Position numbers and translations under genes: made by a program. A stretch of DNA of 64,000 nt from a virus. The stretch covers positions 39,922-103,921 of IMG/VR virus record IMGVR_UViG_3300023179_000001. One strand, given 5' to 3'. The notes below the pieces were generated by a model. That model was not told the DNA's origin. It saw only the letters and a program-made list of their open reading frames with translations, and ran no database searches. Of the stretch, positions 18,015 through 28,800 are shown one piece after another; position 1 is the first letter of the stretch, and the number at the start of each line of letters is the position of its first letter.

Positions 18015-18480
18015 GAATTCTATCCAAAAAAGTAGTCAAATTAAACCGCCCCTTAGTACCCTGGATAAACTCGTGGTTTACAAGATCCTTGGCCTTGACG
18101 GTGTGCTCCAAAAAGTATGATCCCCACTGTTCCCAATCAAAAACAATCAACCTGTTCTCTCGTTTGAAAACGCCTTCTGGCTTGATTCGCACGTTAAGCA
18201 AAACAAAACTCTTAGCACCTGCTTTGACGGCCTCGGTTAGATGCAAAAACTGGGAGCCTCGAATCTGAGTTTTCCCAAAAGCTTGCCACTTTTTAATCTG
18301 CTTTAGTTCTAAAAGAACCGCTCGTCCGTTGACGCTGGCTATGATGTCGCAAGGCTTCTCTGCTGTGAATCTAGTCCTAGCCATCGTCCAACTCGTAGGA
18401 TTATCTGGAATCTTGTAACACCACACGTTTAGCTCTCGAAGCGAGCGCATGATTTCACTAGCAAAAATTGACTCACGCAT
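18004..18480 (-). CDS. recU: RecU-like Holliday junction resolvase
   Basis: ES.F..EI, KIPD, KPCD, LELK, Q..HL: PD-(D/E)xK pattern. Confidence 0.75.
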   Translation of the reverse strand: MRESIFASEIMRSLRELNVWCYKIPDNPTSWTMARTRFTAEKPCDIIASVNGRAVLLELKQIKKWQAFGKTQIRGSQFLHLTEAVKAGAKSFVLLNVRIKPEGVFKRENRLIVFDWEQWGSYFLEHTVKAKDLVNHEFIQGTKGRFNLTTFLDRIHGL

Positions 18481-20245
18481 GGTTCGCTATCCTCGAAATT
18501 CCGTGCTTTTTTTGAATAAGCATAGTGTTATCAAACATCCCCTTAAGACTTGCGTCGTGATCAATAACGTAAACCGCTTTGTCTCGGCCCAGTTGTTTTA
18601 TGAGAGAAAAGAACTGCCTTCGCCCCTGATCGTCGAGATAGTTACTCTGCTCATCAAAAATAAGGAAATTGAAACTCGATTCATAATATTCACTCATGAT
18701 CTCTGCAAGTCCCATATCTACTGAGAGCGAAATTCTACGTTTCTCACCACCTGAGTAAGCGGCATAAGGAATAGATTGCCCATCTGTAATAATTGAACAA
18801 TCAAATTTCTCTCTGATTTCTCCAGTTTTAAGCTTCTTCTGCGTGTCAAATGTAACAGCCACAGAACCCGACGTGAGCGTGTTGAGATATTTATTAGCTT
18901 TAGAAGTGAGACTTGAACAAATCAAATCGAATACAAAACTCTTGATCCCAGAGTCACCGAAAGCTTGAACCCAGAAAGATACGAGAGGCAAATCATTCTT
19001 GGCTCTTTCAATCGAAGATTCAATCTGAGACATCTTATCCAATATCTTATTTTGACGCTCTTGCTCTTTAGCCTTCAACTCCATTACTGGATTTTTGGAA
19101 TTGGTTAACTCCTGAATTTCATTTTCCAGTGTCAGAATTTGACCTGCGGTGATTCCTCTTGCTGTTTGTTTCTCCTGAACCGCAGCAATCTGGCTGCGGA
19201 TCTGGATCATCTTTTCATCTAACTTTTCAATCTTCTCCTTGGCTCTTTCTTTTAGAGATTCCAAATCTTTCAGGAGCGCATCCAGCTTTGCAGCTTCCTT
19301 TTCAACGTGCTGGTTTCTCCATTCAGTATCGTTAGGCCAAGGCTGGTTACAGGTAGGACAATTATCCCCAGTCTTTTTTCTGCTATTGATTTCTCGAATA
19401 CTCATCTTGATTTCTAATATTTTAGAATCAATCGAATCGTACCTGTGCCTTGCCTCTGCCTTTTTAGTAGTACACTTGTCTTTTAGGATTTTAAGCAATG
19501 AAGTGTCCTCTACCACAATAGACTTTAACTTCTCATTGCAATCTACCAATCTTGAACCAAGCAGCTTTATCCTGTCTGCTCTCTCTAATTCCCATGCCTT
19601 TTCTTGATCTTCAAAGTGAGCGTCCAAGTCCTCAATCTGATGCGACCTGAGAATGTCCAAGTCTCTCTCTGATTTTTGAATCTCTAGCTCTAACTCTTTT
19701 TGTTTGTCTTTGGCTTTTTGTTGATAACGCTCGTAATTGATTCGCATTATCTTAGATAGGATTTCTTTCTGAGCCTTGTTGCCAGAATCCACAAAGTTGA
19801 ACGTATTACCCTGGGCAAACAACACAGTACAGGTAAACAGATCGTAATCCAAAGAAAACTCGCTGCAAATCCACTCTTCTGTCATCGAAATAGTGCCGTA
19901 CTCGATGGTGTCTTCGTTCTTCTTTACAATGAGTCTGTCGCCAAACTCCTTGTGTTTCCTGTACCGTGAGATCGTATAGCGGTTTCCTAAATGATTGATT
20001 CCAAGAACCACTGAACAATTCTTTTTATTTCTTCTATTAACTACTTCGTCGGCTTTGAGACCTCTGGTTGTTTTCCCAAACAAGGCCCAAGCAATACCAT
20101 CAACGAAACTGCTTTTGCCACATCCATTCGATCCCCCTTCGTCGAGATTCTCTCCAGTAACTAAGATAGCTCCAGGTTGTACGGTATAACTTTGAGACTC
20201 CCCAAACGATAAGAAATTAGAAATGGTGATAGTCTTTAAATCCAT
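18473..20245 (-). CDS. sbcC: SbcC/Rad50/gp46-like SMC ATPase
   Basis: NFLSF, GSNGCGKSS, zinc hook CPTC, YSGGE signature, FDE Walker B, IDH. Confidence 0.93.
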   Translation of the reverse strand: MDLKTITISNFLSFGESQSYTVQPGAILVTGENLDEGGSNGCGKSSFVDGIAWALFGKTTRGLKADEVVNRRNKKNCSVVLGINHLGNRYTISRYRKHKEFGDRLIVKKNEDTIEYGTISMTEEWICSEFSLDYDLFTCTVLFAQGNTFNFVDSGNKAQKEILSKIMRINYERYQQKAKDKQKELELEIQKSERDLDILRSHQIEDLDAHFEDQEKAWELERADRIKLLGSRLVDCNEKLKSIVVEDTSLLKILKDKCTTKKAEARHRYDSIDSKILEIKMSIREINSRKKTGDNCPTCNQPWPNDTEWRNQHVEKEAAKLDALLKDLESLKERAKEKIEKLDEKMIQIRSQIAAVQEKQTARGITAGQILTLENEIQELTNSKNPVMELKAKEQERQNKILDKMSQIESSIERAKNDLPLVSFWVQAFGDSGIKSFVFDLICSSLTSKANKYLNTLTSGSVAVTFDTQKKLKTGEIREKFDCSIITDGQSIPYAAYSGGEKRRISLSVDMGLAEIMSEYYESSFNFLIFDEQSNYLDDQGRRQFFSLIKQLGRDKAVYVIDHDASLKGMFDNTMLIQKKHGISRIANHA

Positions 20246-20568
20246 TTTAACTCCAAACGCATCCTCACTGTGCCTCTGTACTTTACCTTCTCTGTTTTTA
20301 AAATCTCTCGATACAGTGAGGCAATTTCCTTATCGCTTTTTGCATAGGCAAACCTGTTGGCCCACCTCTGCCTGAACTGTATTAAATCTTTTTCTGTTCT
20401 GGCCCTGTACCTAATCAACCCAAAACGTGAATTGATATAAAAACACTTATCTCTCTGTGACCACTTAAATTCAGGGATAACGTGATGCTCTACAATCTGC
20501 TCTTTGATCTTAGTCTTTACCCAACTAGCAACACACCCTGATGCTTTGATTGCCCAATGCTCTTTCAT
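20236..20568 (-). CDS. Hypothetical basic protein
   Basis: Coupled to neighbours. Confidence 0.55.
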   Translation of the reverse strand: MKEHWAIKASGCVASWVKTKIKEQIVEHHVIPEFKWSQRDKCFYINSRFGLIRYRARTEKDLIQFRQRWANRFAYAKSDKEIASLYREILKTEKVKYRGTVRMRLELKWI

Positions 20569-20936
20569 TTTTCATTAAGCCTATCCTTGATTCTCTTAGC
20601 CTCTCCAGAAATCAAAGCCTCATTTACTACCCTCTCGCCAAACTTGTGCTTCACATCATCCAACTCTTTTTTCATAAATCTTTCTCTGAAAGACTTTTGC
20701 ATCCGTTCTATGTTGTGCTGATCTGTGTCTTTCCCAAACTTGGTCGAAGGAGCTTTTAGCCAGACTCGCTCCAACTCCGATTCTTCGCAGCTAGGGCAGG
20801 TAAAAACTCCACTGGTAGCAGCAGTTCTCTGCTCTTCTGTGTCACATCCTCTTAAATCCACGCTTCGTTCTTCGTAGTAGTTACAGATAGGACAAAGTAA
20901 ATCAATGAGCCGAATCACAGAACTCCCTCCCCACAT
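20565..20936 (-). CDS. FmdB-like zinc-ribbon protein
   Basis: CPIC...CPSC....LERV..AP. Confidence 0.6.
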   Translation of the reverse strand: MWGGSSVIRLIDLLCPICNYYEERSVDLRGCDTEEQRTAATSGVFTCPSCEESELERVWLKAPSTKFGKDTDQHNIERMQKSFRERFMKKELDDVKHKFGERVVNEALISGEAKRIKDRLNEK

Positions 20937-21909
20937 CTAAAAGTTTCTTTTTGTCTCCATTAAATCCAACAAACTCAACGTATTTCTGCATCAATCCAGA
21001 GATGTTGTGCCTATCTTCTATCTTCAGTCGTGACGTAAACTTTTCTTCAACCTCACGCTCAAGCTTCAGGGAAGCTGCTGAAAGTTTTAAGTCTTCTTTC
21101 CTAAAAGATAGTGCGTGTTCGGAATCTCCCTTTACTTTTACTCTGACAAAATCTCTGTCTGTGTACTCACCTTCGCCCTTGATAACTCTTTTACCATTCT
21201 CATCCCAAGTGACTTCGACTTCGTAGTGCTTGGGAGTCCCAACGATCTCTTCAAACCAGATCTCTTTGCTTTCGGTATCGAACAAGAGCACCCCCTTGAT
21301 CTGATCCATCTCTCCGAAATTTTGTTGAAAAGGCGAACCGATATAATGCAGGTTCCCGATGGAGTTTCTATGGTGATAATGCCCTGAGAAAACCTGGTCA
21401 AAATCTGATAACCATTCAATCGGAATTCCGTCGGTATCAATGTTTGTATCATTTCTTTTAGCACCTTTTATCCCCCAATGTACTACTGCGGTTTTGCACT
21501 TTTTCAACTTGCTGCTTTTCAAATACTTTTGAATCTCATCCGCTTTTAGATAAGGGAAAAAAGCAATGTCTGAGCAAACCTTTGGCTTATCAACTACCAT
21601 CCAACCAAACTTTTCAAAAACTTTCATGGGGTGAACCAGTCCTCCCCTGTCCTCTTGATCGTGATTTCCTACGATGATTACTTGCTTTAACCCAGCTTCG
21701 TGCCACTCGATGAAACACTTAGACGCTACGTCGAGACAAGAAGTAGGAATCACACCTCTGGTATTGAAAGAGTCGCCTCCGTTGATTATCAAAACCTTGT
21801 TTGATTTTGACAACTGAACAGCCCTCTCTTTAACCCAATCCAAAACGTACTTACAGGTATCAAGTCGCTCTGGGCGTAAATGCAAATCTGAATACATTAA
21901 AAGAATCAA
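20902..21909 (-). CDS. sbcD: SbcD/Mre11/gp47-like nuclease
   Basis: SDLH, GGD.F, GNHD, SGHYH, YIGSP.Q.NFGE. Confidence 0.92.
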   Translation of the reverse strand: MILLMYSDLHLRPERLDTCKYVLDWVKERAVQLSKSNKVLIINGGDSFNTRGVIPTSCLDVASKCFIEWHEAGLKQVIIVGNHDQEDRGGLVHPMKVFEKFGWMVVDKPKVCSDIAFFPYLKADEIQKYLKSSKLKKCKTAVVHWGIKGAKRNDTNIDTDGIPIEWLSDFDQVFSGHYHHRNSIGNLHYIGSPFQQNFGEMDQIKGVLLFDTESKEIWFEEIVGTPKHYEVEVTWDENGKRVIKGEGEYTDRDFVRVKVKGDSEHALSFRKEDLKLSAASLKLEREVEEKFTSRLKIEDRHNISGLMQKYVEFVGFNGDKKKLLDVGREFCDSAH

Positions 21910-22208
21910 TGTACCATCCCATCATCTTCTTCTTTGTAGTTTGGTAACAAAGAAGTTTGCAATCTATCCAACGCAGCATCGTCATGACAATGCTCAATAA
22001 AGCTAAACAACAACGCCTCAAGTGCTTCGACTCTTCTGGTAAAAACAGGAGTAATGTCAGCATCCCAAAACTTCATGTTGATAACCGAGTATCCCTCTGC
22101 CAAGAATGGATGATTGGTTTCATCAAAAGTTTTGACGATTTCTTTATACTTTTTATAAATAAACTCTGTCGCTGGACTCATTTTCTTACTCGAATTCTTC
22201 TTCTTCAT
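21906..22208 (-). CDS. Hypothetical protein
   Basis: Lies between recA and sbcD, overlapping both. Confidence 0.55.
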   Translation of the reverse strand: MKKKNSSKKMSPATEFIYKKYKEIVKTFDETNHPFLAEGYSVINMKFWDADITPVFTRRVEALEALLFSFIEHCHDDAALDRLQTSLLPNYKEEDDGMVH

Positions 22209-23205
22209 CTAAATCCCCTGACACAATTTTTGTAGGCAAAGATAAAAAATCTGGAATCGGCTCCACCTGTCTGTCGAACACAAATCCCTTGGCATCTAAA
22301 ACAAATTCACCAGACTGAAATGGAGTACCCACATGGTTTTTTACAGTTTCCATCTTGGTCTTGATTCCACACCACGGATCGCCTGTTTTACCGCCCTGCG
22401 CTCTGACTTTCCCGATTTGAGTAAACTCCAGTCGAATGGCACTGTAATACTTTGGAGCATAGCCGCCCTTAGCTTGGGTTTTCTTTCCAAAGGTTACACC
22501 TATTTTCGTGGAGATTTGATTGCTCATCACAAAGGCGATTGCGTTATCTGCAATGAGCCCTTGCGTTCTTCTCATAAGAACCGTGATTGCTGCGGCTTGA
22601 TCGGCAGCGAAGTCCCCTCTACGTTCATCTAATTCTTTAGCACAAGGAGTAGCCCCAAGAGAATCCCATACCACCAAAGCTGGACGAGTCCCGATCTTTT
22701 TATTCTTCTTTTGAGCCGACTTAATACTTTGGACGACATCATGTAAATACTCTCCTACTTGTTCAATAGTTTTCGGGTGCCTGATTATAATTCGCCTAAT
22801 ATCAACTCCCATGTACTCGGCTCTCTTCAGGTCAAACTTTCGTTCGGACAAAAAGAGAAACACGATTCCACCTTGAAGCTGCATTTGGCGCATTACTTCA
22901 CAGAGAAAGCTGGTTTTTCCTGCATCGGGCGGCCCGAAAACTTCTGTAATTAAACCACACGGAATTCCATCAGCACAGAGTACCTTTTGAAATTCTGGGT
23001 GTAGTTTAACCCAAGCTGTAGGACGCAAGGCAGAATCGCTGGTAGATTCTGGTACAAAAAGACCTTCACCATCTGAAATGCGCTTGGCCTCTGCCACAAC
23101 CGAGTCAAAGAAATCATCGTCGCTTACGGTTTTGGTTTCAACCACTGTCTCAGTAGCCTTTGGCTTATATCTTTTTCTTTCTTTGCCTGTGTTGGTAGTT
23201 ACCAT
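22186..23205 (-). CDS. recA: RecA/UvsX-like recombinase
   Basis: GIP.G.ITEVFGPPDAGKT, VVWDSLGA, SNQ, KGG.A.KYYSAIRL, VKN. Confidence 0.92.
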   Translation of the reverse strand: MVTTNTGKERKRYKPKATETVVETKTVSDDDFFDSVVAEAKRISDGEGLFVPESTSDSALRPTAWVKLHPEFQKVLCADGIPCGLITEVFGPPDAGKTSFLCEVMRQMQLQGGIVFLFLSERKFDLKRAEYMGVDIRRIIIRHPKTIEQVGEYLHDVVQSIKSAQKKNKKIGTRPALVVWDSLGATPCAKELDERRGDFAADQAAAITVLMRRTQGLIADNAIAFVMSNQISTKIGVTFGKKTQAKGGYAPKYYSAIRLEFTQIGKVRAQGGKTGDPWCGIKTKMETVKNHVGTPFQSGEFVLDAKGFVFDRQVEPIPDFLSLPTKIVSGDLDEEEEFE

Positions 23206-23423
23206 TTATCATCGCCCTCGTTTTCAAATCGAGATGGGATGTGTTCACGAACCTTTTTCTCCAGAGCAACATCAACAAATTCTGCAATTCGTTTGAGTGC
23301 TTGCTCTGGAGTTTCTTCTGCTCTCACATCGCTCGACATTGACACATGGAAATCAGCAGATTCGTAATTTCCCATATTTACTTTCATTCCTGCTGAATAA
23401 CTGATTCTGTCCTGCTCCACCAA
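23199..23423 (-). CDS. Conserved small phage protein
   Basis: K.NMGNYESA motif. Confidence 0.65.
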   Translation of the reverse strand: MVEQDRISYSAGMKVNMGNYESADFHVSMSSDVRAEETPEQALKRIAEFVDVALEKKVREHIPSRFENEGDDKW

Positions 23424-23429
23424 ATCCTC

Positions 23430-24332
23430 CTAAAAATCTAGATCGTCGTCATCGTCACCCAAGTCTTTGGATAAACGAGCGATTTCTTCATCCATATCCA
23501 GATCATCTTCTGTGGTTACAGGAGCCGCTTTTTTAGTAGCTGCTGCTCTGGCAGTTTCGGCTTTCGCCTTGGCAGTCACAGTTGTTGTTTTGGCCGTAGC
23601 CTTGGTTGTTGTTTTTGTCTCTTCTTCATTCCACTCGTCTGTGCTCGTGTTGTCGAACTCTTCATCGGAGTCCCCATCAACGAGTCCTAAAGCTTTCTTC
23701 ATATCGTCAACGCCCGACTTGTCGTAGTATTTTTCGATAGGCTCCATATCCTCAATCATTGCCATCGCCTTAGCTGGCACTTCGCTTTCGCTTGCTAGAG
23801 GAATGATTTGATATTCCACTGCCATGCGACCAGCTTTGGCTGGGTTTTTACCTTTGGTGAGTTTAAAATCTCGGCCTTCCTTTAGAGAAAACACGTTACC
23901 GAAATCTCCGAAGTAGCTCCACACCTGCTTATGAACCGTAGTGGGCATCATGTATGGTTGTACGCATTTTTGAGAATAGTTTAGAATATTCGCAATCGCC
24001 ACTTTCCTTGGACGGTAAGCAAAAGCAGCTTCTTTCTTACCTTCTTTCAAAAGCTCATCGTACTTTTGACAGAATGGGCAAGTGCTACCTGCTTCTCTAT
24101 CTCTTTCGCATCGCACATTGTATCCTTTGCCACTAGCCGTAGAAACAAAGTGAACTAGAATCTCATGAAAAGGCTCTTTGTCGCTTTTCATATCTAGGTT
24201 ATCAATGTGAGGTAGAATTCTGATTTTTTGATCCCCATCTTGAGGTTTGAACCAGTTGATTTTTTCGTATCCTTGTTTGGTTTGAGAAAGAACTCTGTCC
24301 TTCTTAGCCATCATTTTATCCATGAATGTCAT
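23430..24332 (-). CDS. Single-stranded DNA-binding protein (gp32-like)
   Basis: KIRILP, H..C..CPFC, GRDF.L.K, acidic C-terminus DDDDDLDF. Confidence 0.82.
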   Translation of the reverse strand: MTFMDKMMAKKDRVLSQTKQGYEKINWFKPQDGDQKIRILPHIDNLDMKSDKEPFHEILVHFVSTASGKGYNVRCERDREAGSTCPFCQKYDELLKEGKKEAAFAYRPRKVAIANILNYSQKCVQPYMMPTTVHKQVWSYFGDFGNVFSLKEGRDFKLTKGKNPAKAGRMAVEYQIIPLASESEVPAKAMAMIEDMEPIEKYYDKSGVDDMKKALGLVDGDSDEEFDNTSTDEWNEEETKTTTKATAKTTTVTAKAKAETARAAATKKAAPVTTEDDLDMDEEIARLSKDLGDDDDDLDF

Positions 24333-25120
24333 TAGATTTCCTCCAATTTAGTGAATAGTTTTTCTGACAGATCCAATGTTGTGTTAAGGCTCTCTGCAAG
24401 CTTTACAATTTGCTCTTCTGCTTGCAACAAATCATCCGAATCCAAAAGTGCTGGCAAATTATCATTTAAGTAATCCACACGAGCCTGAATTCTGCCTACC
24501 AAATCCAAATTCTTCTTCGGTGCAGATGAAGACATTTCAAAAATATCATCCGCATCTTCGATGTCGGTGTTGTCTAGGTTTGCATCGTCGTAATCAGTAT
24601 CCAATTCATCATTAGACAAATCAGCTACCAACGATTTTTCTAGCACATCGGGATGCACTCTAGAAAAGTCGTTGTCCTTTGGTTTCGCTTTGGTTTTGAT
24701 CTTTTCCACAAGCGTATGAAAGGAGAGTTTTTCATCAAGCAATTCCTTCTTCAATCGAGAAACTTCTGCTGCTGGCAATCTATCTTTCGCTGATACAATT
24801 CGGTAGCAGGACTCGTAAGCTGGTAACTTAAAAGCCTCATCCTTTTCCAATCTGTTTTCAATGGGCTCGTACCACTCCTCTACAATAAGAGAGAGTTTTA
24901 GAAGAGTTTTCTCATTGATTGTTGGATATTCTTTTTGGCACCACTCTTTAAAAGAGTCGTGACCTTCAACTTCGTAGCTTCTGCTTTCTTTGATTAGAGC
25001 CACTGCCTTAGCAAATTGCCACCAGCTACGGGCCATATTCCCATAGTGATTTCTGGCAACAACGATCAGATCCCTACCTCTTTCCTTGACGCTATTTTCT
25101 ATTTTTTCGATGACGCTCAT
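24332..25120 (-). CDS. Hypothetical protein
   Basis: Y...G..SFKEWC..E motif; coupled to the ssb gene. Confidence 0.65.
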   Translation of the reverse strand: MSVIEKIENSVKERGRDLIVVARNHYGNMARSWWQFAKAVALIKESRSYEVEGHDSFKEWCQKEYPTINEKTLLKLSLIVEEWYEPIENRLEKDEAFKLPAYESCYRIVSAKDRLPAAEVSRLKKELLDEKLSFHTLVEKIKTKAKPKDNDFSRVHPDVLEKSLVADLSNDELDTDYDDANLDNTDIEDADDIFEMSSSAPKKNLDLVGRIQARVDYLNDNLPALLDSDDLLQAEEQIVKLAESLNTTLDLSEKLFTKLEEI

Positions 25121-25569
25121 CTTCGCTCCTCTGTTCTTCGATTACTGCATTTTGTTTGAATCAAGTCTTTTTTCTTAGCAAGTGAATCTGCAAACACCTT
25201 TAAAACTTTTCTGTCGTGATCAAGTCTTAATAACTTATCTTTATAAAGTTTGTATTTTGGTTCGGATCTTACCAATGCCTTCATCTGATTTTCTGTGTAT
25301 GGCTTTAGCTTTGACTCACTCTGCTTGATTTCTTCTTCTCGCTGCTTAAAAAGTCTTGCTTCAAGCTCTGCTTGCCAATTCTCAAATGAAAACTTTAGCC
25401 GTTCGTAGCGATCTTCTGCCTTCTCAGAAAGAACTGCGATATATCCATAAGTGTATGCAGCATGATCTACTTCGTAATCCAAATCGTTTGTAATTTTAAG
25501 GCTCTTTTCCAGATTGATTTCTACGTTGTCTGGTAAAAGACCTTCGATTTCGACTACAAGGTTTTTCAT
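25117..25569 (-). CDS. UvsY-like recombination mediator
   Basis: L.I..DL..E....A..Y, TE...KA.V...Y; helical; near SSB and RecA. Confidence 0.55.
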   Translation of the reverse strand: MKNLVVEIEGLLPDNVEINLEKSLKITNDLDYEVDHAAYTYGYIAVLSEKAEDRYERLKFSFENWQAELEARLFKQREEEIKQSESKLKPYTENQMKALVRSEPKYKLYKDKLLRLDHDRKVLKVFADSLAKKKDLIQTKCSNRRTEERR

Positions 25570-25781
25570 GTTGAATGTCTGCTAGGACAAAGGATTCTTA
25601 CTCTTGCACAAGTTAAAAGAATCTGGGCTCCATCCCATCTCACACCCACAACTACATCGTCATTGAAACAACTATTGTAGGCGTAATACCGATTGGACAT
25701 CATCGCTTCGCACATCTCGAAGCGACCACCAACATCAGGAAGCGGAAAAACCCCTAGCGAGGCCAAAATAAGTGAAAACAT
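25566..25781 (-). CDS. Small Cys-rich protein with a hydrophobic N-terminus
   Basis: AGGAG RBS; first gene behind the promoter at 25801. Confidence 0.6.
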   Translation of the reverse strand: MFSLILASLGVFPLPDVGGRFEMCEAMMSNRYYAYNSCFNDDVVVGVRWDGAQILLTCARVRILCPSRHST

Positions 25782-25800
25782 AAATTCTCCTTTTGTTACA

Positions 25801-25838
25801 GTTATACAAATCAGGCAGGATTTTTTAGCAAATTATTT
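25801..25838 (-). promoter_or_regulatory. Putative middle promoter, copy 1
   Basis: AAAATAAT-TTGCTAAAAA-N11-TTTGTATAAC; same motif and spacing as 29681-29718. Confidence 0.6.
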
Positions 25839-28800
25839 TTATAAAAATCTAATAAGGTGAGCTTCGACTGCGTTTTGTTTTGCACGGAAATCTGATTTGA
25901 CACCCTGCACCTCTACAATCGAACCTTCTTTGAGGTTTTCGTGGTGCTTTAAATAGTTTTCAGGAAACACCGTGACATCGAGTAGCTCGTCGGAATCTTC
26001 AATAGTAAGAAACGCCATCGGCTCATTGTTTTTAGTTCTTATCACTCTTATATCTGACACCATGCCGCCAACAATCACAACATCTCTAGGGGCGTATTCT
26101 CTTAACTCTGACTCGGTTATCACCATGGGACTGAAATCTCTCACGGTCTTTATGGACTTTTCAAAAAAACCAATCGACTTGTAAAAAGCCATCATCAGTT
26201 CTGTATCTGAGATATTTCTCTTTCTTTTCTTCGGCCCTGCTTTTTTCTTGGCGTTGCTGAGATCCACAAGCGTATGCAGTAAATCCCTTCGATCACCAAA
26301 TACGTCCATAGTGCCAGACAAAATAAGAGACTCCATATTGTTGTACTTAACTTTTGCCTTGTTGACTCTTTTATAGAAATCATAAAAATCCTTGTACGGT
26401 TGACCAGCCACGATTGCTTCAGCGCATCCTTCTCCAACGCTTTTCACAGACTGAAGAGAGAAAATAACCTTATCATCTTCTACAACAAACTCTTTCTTGG
26501 ATTTGTTTATATCAGGCAAAACAAATTCAACTCCCATTCGAAGAGCAGCCCTTCTGTTTAGGAGCATTTCATCAATAGCGTTTTTGCGAATGTCCCAATC
26601 TATTTGAGCAGCCCAAAAGTGTGTCGGATGATAGACTTTAAAATACTGAGAGATATAGGCCAGAACCGAATAAGCAGCAGAATGGGATTTGTTGAAACTA
26701 TAAGAACTGGCCTTCTCCAGTTGATCCCAAAGCTTTGTAGCCTCTACTTCTGAAACTTTCTCTTTCGCTCCTTCGATGAATCTGTTTTTGAATTTAGAAA
26801 GCTTCTCTTTATCTTTTTTTCCTAAAGCACTTCTAATCACATCTGATTCGACTAGGGAGATTCCACCGATCTTGTGGATGATGGACATAAACTGCTCTTG
26901 GAATACGCAAACTCCATAAGTGGTTTTTAAAACTTCTCTCACATCGGGATGAACGTAGCTCACTTTTTCTCTGCCATGTTTTCTATCGCAGTATTGAGTG
27001 TGCCATCCGTTTTCAAGGCACCCTGGGCGAAACAGAGCGTTTGCTGCAATTAAATCATCCAATCGTGTTGGCTTAATTTGTTTGAGTAATTCTTGCATCC
27101 CCTCAGAAGCAAACTGAAACACACACTCGGTCTTTCCTGTTTGAAACATTTTCCAAATTCTTTTATCTGGATTTGCTTTTTCACGGCCCATGATTTCAGC
27201 AACGTAATTCTCTTTTGTGATTCCTTCTGGCTTTGCGTTTTCGATACAAAAACGAATCACATCGTATTCTTTGAGTCCCAGAATATCCATTTTCATGAAG
27301 CCCTGAGCAATCAGGTATTTATCCTCCGCTTGGGTTGTGACCATGCGAGTCCCATCTTCACTAGAGACTTGGGTTTTAAGTGGCGTGATGTCCCCAATCT
27401 TTTCACTACAAATCAGTACACCTGCTGGATGTACGCCCTGAGACTTAATAGAGCCGTTGATTTCTTTTACTGCGAAGTAAAAGTTTCTATTCTCTTTAAA
27501 GAGTTTTAAAAGCTTAGGATCGCTATTTGCGGCTGCCCTTGGATCTTGAGCCTCATCCTTTTCCAAATCTAGCTTTGTAGTAATGGACAATAGCTCTTGC
27601 TGGGTTCCAACCCCAAAAGCTTTTCCAAAATCAATGATAGAGGTTTTTAATCTGATTCGACCGTAGGTGCCGATTTCTGATACGCAATCTTTACCATACT
27701 TTTGGTAGATGTACTGTTTGATTTCGTTTCTTCTCTCGCTCTCAAAATCCAAATCAATATCGGGAAGCTCTCCTGATACGCAGCGATTCTCGTTTAAAAA
27801 GCGTTCAAAAATTAAATCGTATTCAATCGGATCGATCTTTACGATTCCTAAGATGTAGGAGATTAAACAGCCAGCAGCAGACCCACGACCAATCCCAGAG
27901 TAAATACCCTTACGATTAGAGAACAGAATAAGATCCCACACAATAAGAAAATAATCGTGTAAACGATACTTCGAGATAACATCGAACTCCTTTTTGAATC
28001 GCTCTATGTAAACCTCTTTCGGTGCATTTAGCTTACCAGAGTCGATCAGCTTTTTTAATGAGTGTCTGCTCAATGCCTTAAAGAACTCGAACGAAGAACT
28101 AAACTTTTTAGAGCCAGAAACGTCAAAGCTTGGCAGATACCTTTTGTTTTTGGGAAACTCAAAATTCTTGCACTTATCCACAATCTCTAAACTTCTCTCA
28201 ATCCCCTCTTTTAAGAAAGACTCTTCGATGTATTCATGGTTGTTTCTAAAAGTCTCATAGATGTCCTCACCGCTCTTAAGCCACAGGGAATCACACCCTC
28301 TATCCTTGTTGAAGGTCGCACTATCTGAAGCGATGCTAGAGTTTTTACTCAAACCCCTCCACTGCATCTCTTTTATCTTTCTCTGCAAATCTGCGTGTTC
28401 GGGAAGGATGTAATGGCAATCGTTTGTAACGATTTGCTGAAACCCTACTTCTTTTCTGAGCGTATAGAGAGATTCGTTAATCATCTTCTGAGAACAAAAC
28501 TCACCCTCTTCGGATTGATTTAAAGTTTGATGCGGTTGAAACTCCACATAAAAATCAGAACCAAAAATCTCAACCATTCTTTTGAACTGGTTGAGTAGCC
28601 CCAGTCCCTCATCGCCCCGCTTTTGTTTCCACACTTCGGTTGAGAGAATCCCGCCCTGACACGCTGAAAGGCAAATAAGACCATCTCGGTGTTTTTTAAG
28701 CCACTCCAACCCAATTCGTGGCCTGTAATAAAATCCATCTTGGTAAGACAGTTGAGAAAGACGGCAGAGGTTTTTCCAACCCTCAAAGTTTTTAGCAAAT